64,000 bases of DNA, from positions 800,001 to 864,000 of the forward strand of contig OY970368.1 of the NCBI GenBank assembly GCA_963718615.1, given 5' to 3'. Numbering within the stretch: position 1 is the stretch's first letter; each line of letters begins with the position of its first letter. Shown here piece by piece: positions 58,367 to 64,000 of this stretch. Source of the DNA: an uncultured cyanobacterium (GTDB taxonomy: Bacteria; Cyanobacteriota; Cyanobacteriia; PCC-9006; JAAUQQ01). The notes under the pieces are model-generated. The model saw only the letters and a program-made list of their open reading frames with translations. It was not told the origin of the DNA and did no database searches. Both the position numbers and the translations under genes were made by a program.

Positions 58367-58768
58367 ATGAAATTTGAAGATATTTACGACTTCTTTCGCA
58401 ATCCGCCACCAAACTATCTAAACAAGGAACTGGCCGTTTGCTACGTACTTTCTGTTTTGTTGCGCCACGACTCCTACGGCACTGAGCTGATTCAGCTGCT
58501 GGAAACGGAGTATCCTGCCTATCGTTTGTCCGATACGGTGCTCTACAGCGCCCTCAAATTCCTGGAATCTGAAGGCGTGATCACCGGTTACTGGAAGAAA
58601 GTGGAAGGTCGGGGCCGTCCTCGTCGGATGTACCAGATCGATGCCAAATGGCGCGAGCGTAGCGAGGAAATGGCTCAGCTGTGGCAGAGCTACATTCTCC
58701 AGCAAAGCGGTACCAGCGGTCCGATCGCCCATACTCCCTCTGCCACCAGTATGGCTGCTTCTCGCTAG
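58367..58768 (+). CDS. pex: PadR-family circadian period extender Pex
   Basis: MKFEDIYDFFRNPPPNYLNKELAVCYVL...SYGTELIQ...RLSDTVLYSALKFLE...GRGRPRRMY. Confidence 0.9.
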   Translation: MKFEDIYDFFRNPPPNYLNKELAVCYVLSVLLRHDSYGTELIQLLETEYPAYRLSDTVLYSALKFLESEGVITGYWKKVEGRGRPRRMYQIDAKWRERSEEMAQLWQSYILQQSGTSGPIAHTPSATSMAASR

Positions 58769-58942
58769 GGGAATTAGGCCCGAGTGCCTAATTTAGACCC
58801 AGTTCTCTATGGGGTTGCAGTTCTGAATCTCGATAGAATAACAAAGGGCAAATTTTTAGATGCTTGGGGCTGTCCGCACCGGTGGTGGCCCTCATCTTCT
58901 TGCCCAACGAACTGCAACCTCAAGGGAAACTCTCGGGCCGCT

Positions 58943-59521
58943 ATGGGTCATACAATGGGTCATACAACTATTACTTCGACCTTCTTGCTCACGCTATTGC
59001 TGTTAGTGGGCCTCTTTTTCTTTATTCGCGCCTCAGCCAAGGATCGAACGGAGCAGCTCCGTTTAGCTTCCGCTGAGTCCGTCGAGACCCTGCACCAACA
59101 GCTCAAGGATTATCTTGATGGTCGGGCTTATCGCGTCAAGGCTTTTGAAGGAGAAAATGGACGGGTCATTTGGGAAGGGTGGGTTCAGCCCAGTCTCGGA
59201 TTGGCTTTCTTTCTTTCTTTCTTAGCGGCGGTGGGTTTGTTCTGCTTGGCGCTGGTTTTGCAACTTGCGGTTCCCCAGGGAGGATCCCTGTGGCTGGGGG
59301 TGCTGCTGCTTTGTCCCTTGGCAGGCTGGTTCTACTGGAACAAAGCGGGTCGACTGGAAGAAGTGACCTACCGAATCTTGTCGGTTCAAGGGGCCACCGA
59401 TCTTCTAGACGTGACTCCTCCTGCTACGGCCCAGAGCATTTTGAAGATTGCAGCCCATCGTGATGAGCTGTTGTCATTACAGCAGGCCATCGCCCTCCAA
59501 GCCCTGGAACCAGCGAACTAA
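58943..59521 (+). CDS. Cofactor assembly of complex C subunit B (CCB1, DUF3529)
   Basis: STFLLTLLLLVGLFFFIRASAKDRT, FYWNKAGRLE and AHRDEL motifs. Confidence 0.9.
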   Translation: MGHTMGHTTITSTFLLTLLLLVGLFFFIRASAKDRTEQLRLASAESVETLHQQLKDYLDGRAYRVKAFEGENGRVIWEGWVQPSLGLAFFLSFLAAVGLFCLALVLQLAVPQGGSLWLGVLLLCPLAGWFYWNKAGRLEEVTYRILSVQGATDLLDVTPPATAQSILKIAAHRDELLSLQQAIALQALEPAN

Positions 59522-59580
59522 GCTGTTCTCCCAAGGATCATCTTGCCAAGGATCTGCCGAGAATCCTCCTGAGGATCTGC

Positions 59581-59868
59581 CTAGGGTCCGGCGAAAATTG
59601 CATCTTCCAAGTCCCGACGGCTTAGGGAGTAGGGAAAGGACCGCTGAATATGGGGGCGATCGCCCGACTGGTGTTGATAGGCTACGACAATTTGCTCCAC
59701 ATCCAGCTCTAGATCCGCAGACCAGGTCTCACGGGTCACACGCCAACAATTGCGGTTCTCTTCATCTTGATGGCAGCCTTGTTGTGCGAGCCAAACTTCG
59801 ATCGCTAAGAGGGAATGGTTGTAGAGAGGGGTCTCGGCGGCAGGCAAACTGGTGGAGGATAGGCTCAT
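59581..59868 (-). CDS. DUF3143 domain protein
   Basis: TPLYNHSL..IE.WL and RSFPYSLSRRDLEDAIFAGP motifs. Confidence 0.9.
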   Translation of the reverse strand: MSLSSTSLPAAETPLYNHSLLAIEVWLAQQGCHQDEENRNCWRVTRETWSADLELDVEQIVVAYQHQSGDRPHIQRSFPYSLSRRDLEDAIFAGP

Positions 59869-59935
59869 CGGTCTTGGGGACAGTTAGGGACAGGCGCAGA
59901 GTCTTAAAGGCTGTCTCCATGCTACCGCTTTGCCG

Positions 59936-60448
59936 CTAAGGTAACGATTGAGTCTGGCTGGCTGGCTGAAGGAAGTCGGAGGGCTGCTGCCAACTGGGGA
60001 TGGGCATGAGGGCTTCTCCATGGGCTAATCCAAGGGCGATCGCCAGCACCAAACACCCCACGAGCGTCAGCCCCAACAGTAAGAGCGCAAAAAGTTCACC
60101 AGAGGAGAGGGGACGCTCGCCAGGTTCTAAATAGGCCGATGAGCCCGTCTGGATCGGTCTGGGGGTGGGGCTTGGGGTTGGCGGTTGAGGCGGGAAGGGA
60201 GAAGCTGCTCGCGATTGTAGGCGAGTCTGGCCTTGTAGCTGGTCATAGCGAAGCCGCTGGGCGGGGTCGCTGAGAATGCGATAGGCCTCTTGCAATTGTT
60301 CAAATTTGAGCCGGGCCTGGTCGAGGGGGAGTTGAGTGGTATCGGGATGGAAATGTTTGCTGCGATCGCGATGGGCTCGGCGGATTTGTTCGAGCGAGGC
60401 CTGGGTACTCACACCGAGTAATTGGTAGTAATCCGGCAGTTTGTCCAT
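59936..60448 (-). CDS. J-domain membrane protein
   Basis: DYYQLLGV...HPD...EAYRILSDP; ERPLSSGELFAL followed by a TM helix. Confidence 0.9.
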   Translation of the reverse strand: MDKLPDYYQLLGVSTQASLEQIRRAHRDRSKHFHPDTTQLPLDQARLKFEQLQEAYRILSDPAQRLRYDQLQGQTRLQSRAASPFPPQPPTPSPTPRPIQTGSSAYLEPGERPLSSGELFALLLLGLTLVGCLVLAIALGLAHGEALMPIPSWQQPSDFLQPASQTQSLP

Positions 60449-60542
60449 CGTCTGGATAAATCCTTGCTCAACGCTCAGCCTGTCAAATTTACGAAATCCA
60501 CTCAATCCAGAATAAATCCACCATGAAAGGGTTTTCTAGGGT

Positions 60543-60584
60543 TGTCAAGTTGAGGCTGTCAAGTTGAGGCTGTCAAGTTGAGGC
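60543..60584. repeat. 14-bp perfect tandem repeat x3
   Basis: TGTCAAGTTGAGGC x3. Confidence 0.9.
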
Positions 60585-60592
60585 TACGGCCT

Positions 60593-61681
60593 CTAGTCAG
60601 AATTCTCAGGCGTGAGGGCAGACTGGGCCTGAAGCTTGCGGAAAAGTTTGTACATTTCCGGTAAGCGCTCATACAAGATCGCAGCCCGCAGCCAAATCTT
60701 GTGGGGGATGGCCGGATATCCCGAGACGACGACACCCGGCTCTACATTGGAGTGGACCCCGGCCTTAGAGGAAATCGTCACACCATTGCCGACGGTGGCG
60801 CGGTTGCTGATGCCCACTTGGCCTGCAATGATGACGCGATCGCCCACGGTCACCCCACCGGCCAAGCCGGTTTGAGCGGCGATCGCCCCATTTTTGCCCA
60901 CCTGACAACCATGGCCAATGTGCACCATGTTATCCAGTTTGGTGTTCGCTCCGATCCGGGTTTCGCCTACCGCCGGACGATCGACTGCGCTATTGGAGCC
61001 AATTTCGACACCGTCTTCAAGCACAACCTGACCAGATTGCTCCATCTTGAACCAGCCCTCGGGCAAGGGCACAAAGCCAAAGCCCTCCGCGCCGATCACG
61101 GCTCCGCTGTGGATGACGCAGTCTGCGCCGATTTGGGTACGTTCGTGGATGGTGCAGTTGCTGTGGAGGTGGGTGCGATCGCCCAGGGTAACGCCGGGAT
61201 AGAGCACTACGTTGGCTTGGACACAGACGCGATCGCCAATCGTACAACCGGGATAGATCACCACATGGGGGCCAATGCTGACGTCTTGCCCCAGTTTGAC
61301 TGTGGGGTCGATGATAGCGCTGGGATGGATTTGGGGCTCGGGGCGGAATGGTTGGTAGAAGAGGGCGATCGCCTGGGCAAAGGCCAACCGAGGATAGGGC
61401 ACCGCAATCCAAGCCAATCCCCGTGCCGTGGCCTGCTCATGCATCTCGGTGTTTTTGAGGGGCAGAATGATGGCACTAGCCTGGGTGGTATGAATGAGGC
61501 GGGCGTAGGGGCTAGCGCCTTCGATATAGCTGAGTTGGCCGATTTGAGCGGCTTCTAAATCTTCAACACCCGTCAGTGATATATCCTCTGCCCAGTGGGA
61601 TACGCAGGCATTCCCCTGGGCTGTGGTGAGTCGTTCGAAGACCTGACTGATGGGGATAAGATCCCCGGTTTCGATTGCCAT
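60593..61681 (-). CDS. lpxD: UDP-3-O-(3-hydroxymyristoyl)glucosamine N-acyltransferase
   Basis: Hexapeptide repeats, IGAEGFGF, Q.G.V.LEDGVEIG and KLDNMVHIGH motifs. Confidence 0.96.
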   Translation of the reverse strand: MAIETGDLIPISQVFERLTTAQGNACVSHWAEDISLTGVEDLEAAQIGQLSYIEGASPYARLIHTTQASAIILPLKNTEMHEQATARGLAWIAVPYPRLAFAQAIALFYQPFRPEPQIHPSAIIDPTVKLGQDVSIGPHVVIYPGCTIGDRVCVQANVVLYPGVTLGDRTHLHSNCTIHERTQIGADCVIHSGAVIGAEGFGFVPLPEGWFKMEQSGQVVLEDGVEIGSNSAVDRPAVGETRIGANTKLDNMVHIGHGCQVGKNGAIAAQTGLAGGVTVGDRVIIAGQVGISNRATVGNGVTISSKAGVHSNVEPGVVVSGYPAIPHKIWLRAAILYERLPEMYKLFRKLQAQSALTPENSD

Positions 61682-61821
61682 ATCGTCGGCTCAGCTTCTT
61701 GGTTTCAGCACTGTCTGGCAATTTTACCAAGAATCTCCGCCTCACCACTCCCTAACCTTTCGGGTATAGGCGGAGCACTGCGGAGATTCTTGGTAGAAGT
61801 CTTAATTGTTGGTTCTTGTTG

Positions 61822-62622
61822 CTAAAGTACGTTATCGATCCATCGCAAAACTTCATTTTTAAGAACCGAAATATCCCGATAAAGCTCCTGCTTCATCCAC
61901 TGGCCAATCGCATCCAAAGGTGAAAAGTCCTGACGGGTTTGCCACTGCACATCTTGGCCCATGGGCGTCAGATGATTGCCGTTGAGCCGTTGGATGGTTG
62001 TAGATTTGGGGAAGCGGCGTTCTAGGACTGTGGCGATCGCCTTCGTCTGGTCAAGGGTATCCGAGCGAAACTTCACCAGCAAATTGCGCGGCACATTGTA
62101 ATACCGATCAATCAGATGCAATGTTTTTTCAGGCGAAGGCGTAAACTCCATTTCCAAATTAATATTGGGTGCAACCTGGGTTAAAAAAGGCGATAAATTC
62201 GGCGCAACTTGAGCAAAAAATGGAATCGCTTGACGGGCAGGATAATTGTTAAAAGCCATCAGAATATTGGCCGATCGTTCCACTTCATAGGTACTTCCAA
62301 TCAGCAGATGTAATTTGCATCCCATGCTGTGGCCTAGACCATAGATAGGCAGTTCTTGTACTGGCAACGCTCCGTCATAACGCAAGCGTTTGAGCAGCGA
62401 TTCAAAGCGGGTAACCACATCTTCGGCGATCGCCTCATGGTCAAAGGTATTGATAAACGGCGTGGCAATCACCGCATAGCCCTCGCGATACAGCGCTTCC
62501 AGCAACCAGCGATAGGTTACCTGGGGAGCCGCCGCAATAAATGCTCCACCTAGGAAATGAATAATCCCTCGGGGATGGGGCGGAATCAAAAGCCAATTGC
62601 CGAACCGTTCTTGCCAATCCAT
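61822..62622 (-). CDS. DUF1350 family alpha/beta hydrolase-like protein
   Basis: IIHFLGGAF, YGLGHSMGCKLHLL, EFTPSP and GNHLTP motifs. Confidence 0.9.
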   Translation of the reverse strand: MDWQERFGNWLLIPPHPRGIIHFLGGAFIAAAPQVTYRWLLEALYREGYAVIATPFINTFDHEAIAEDVVTRFESLLKRLRYDGALPVQELPIYGLGHSMGCKLHLLIGSTYEVERSANILMAFNNYPARQAIPFFAQVAPNLSPFLTQVAPNINLEMEFTPSPEKTLHLIDRYYNVPRNLLVKFRSDTLDQTKAIATVLERRFPKSTTIQRLNGNHLTPMGQDVQWQTRQDFSPLDAIGQWMKQELYRDISVLKNEVLRWIDNVL

Positions 62623-62697
62623 TGCGCCTGAATGATCTGATCGAGTGAGATCTGATGAGTAATCTGAGCTGAGCTGTTTTAACAAGCCCTCCTCAGT

Positions 62698-63876
62698 CTA
62701 TCCCTGCGCTTTATAAAAGGGTTTTTTGACCACTTGGCCGGACTGGGGCTTTTTGCGAATTTCGACGGTGATGGGGGTGCCGATTTTAGCTAACTCCGTG
62801 GGGACATAGGCGAGGGCGATCGCCTTTTCCAGCGTCGGTGACCAAGTGCCGCTCGTCACTTCCCCTACCGCCTGACCGTCTGCCAGGACGGAATAACCAT
62901 GGCGGGCAATATTACGGCCTTCCATTTCGACGCCCACCAGCCGTCGCTTGACACCGTTAGCCTTCTGGCCTTCGAGCACCGACCGCCCAACAAAATCACC
63001 CTTGCGATCGAGATGAACCAACCAGCCCAAACCCGCTTCCAGGGGCGTAGTCGTATCATCAATATCATTGCCATAGAGCGCCATGGCCGCCTCTAGGCGC
63101 AGCGTATCCCTGGCCCCGAGCCCACAGGGCACCGCACCGGCCTCTAGGAGTGCTGTCCAGAACGCCTCGCCCCCCTCAGCCGGAATCATCACCTCAAAGC
63201 CATCTTCGCCGGTATAGCCTGTCCGGGCTAGAAAGGCTGGGTAACCGAGCACATCCGTCTCTGCATGGCCAAATCGGGCCACGGCTGACAAATCCGTCGT
63301 CGGGACTAGGGTTTGCAGGGTTGCAACGGCGGTGGGACCCTGAACGGCGATTAGCACATTGGTGGCGCTGCGATCGTCCAGGGCGATCGCCCTACCCAAA
63401 TGACCCACGAGCCACTCCCTATCCTTATCCTTCGTCGCCGCATTCACGATCAGAGCCACGGCCTCCCTACCGTTCTTTTCACCCTGGTTATAAATAATCA
63501 AATCGTCAATGATTCCAGCCTGTTCATTGAGTAGAACCGTATATTGAGCCTGACCGGGCTGGAGCTGGCTCAGATCCGTCGGCACTAACCCTTGCAACCC
63601 CGCGAGAATACCGTCGCCCCGCAGAAAAAACTTACCCATGTGAGAAATATCAAAGATTCCCGTCCCGGTCCGAACCGCCTCGTGCTCCTGAATCAGCCCT
63701 TGGAACTGCACCGGCATTTCCCAGCCCGCAAAGGGCACCATCCGGGCGGAGCTGGATTGGATAAGGTCATAGAGGGGGGTGCGGAGCAGATTGGATGAAG
63801 CCACGGGAGTCGAATCGAGAGATACGTCCTCAACTATAGCGGCTTGCTTCCCTTCGATAATCCTGAACTGGCGCAA
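62698..63876 (-). CDS. gcvT: Glycine cleavage system aminomethyltransferase
   Basis: LLRTPLY, FAGWEMPVQF, FDISHMG, RTGYTGEDGFE and GLGARDTLRLEA motifs. True start likely later. Confidence 0.97.
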   Translation of the reverse strand: MRQFRIIEGKQAAIVEDVSLDSTPVASSNLLRTPLYDLIQSSSARMVPFAGWEMPVQFQGLIQEHEAVRTGTGIFDISHMGKFFLRGDGILAGLQGLVPTDLSQLQPGQAQYTVLLNEQAGIIDDLIIYNQGEKNGREAVALIVNAATKDKDREWLVGHLGRAIALDDRSATNVLIAVQGPTAVATLQTLVPTTDLSAVARFGHAETDVLGYPAFLARTGYTGEDGFEVMIPAEGGEAFWTALLEAGAVPCGLGARDTLRLEAAMALYGNDIDDTTTPLEAGLGWLVHLDRKGDFVGRSVLEGQKANGVKRRLVGVEMEGRNIARHGYSVLADGQAVGEVTSGTWSPTLEKAIALAYVPTELAKIGTPITVEIRKKPQSGQVVKKPFYKAQG

Positions 63877-64000
63877 AAGATTCGCAAAAAACTTGCAAAA
63901 AAAAACCCGGAAGTTCTTCCGGGCTCACAAGCAGCTTCTCATGTCTCAAATCTTAAGCGGGAAACTCGGATTGTCTGATAAGCAGATGATGAAAATACGC

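Noticed and set aside
63953-64000. 3' end of a minus-strand gene (AYFHHLLIRQSEFPA*) with hairpin at about 63900-63925
   Set aside because: Too short to identify within this window.

Overview
Cyanobacterial chromosomal window, judged from the abundant HIP1 octamer GCGATCGC and cyanobacterial marker genes (flv3, pex, Tic20, CGLD27/ycf36, CCB1, DUF3318, DUF3143). A housekeeping backbone (nrdJ, rpsF, carB, rsfS, amiC, lpxD, gcvT) alternates with accessory patches. Mobile DNA comprises three IS elements (ISAs1, IS701, another DDE element), a TnpB remnant, three LAGLIDADG inteins in the class II ribonucleotide reductase, and a group I intron in tRNA-fMet. Best candidates for new biology: (1) an I-Ssp6803I-like PD-(D/E)XK homing endonuclease that lies OUTSIDE, just downstream of, an ORF-less intron-containing tRNA-fMet whose spliced junction is that enzyme family's target, suggesting chromosomal collaborative homing; (2) a three-gene coiled-coil / adaptor / HNH cassette in which two proteins share a helical motif; (3) a CHAT-STAND-TPR (NLR-like caspase) gene paired with a small membrane-hairpin protein; (4) a roughly 5 kb array of TA and HNH cassettes separated by repeated 3' tails of a HEAT-repeat gene; (5) three PIN toxin genes across the window that lost their middles by internal deletion while their antitoxins stayed intact. 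All family assignments are from motif recognition by eye; no database searches were run.
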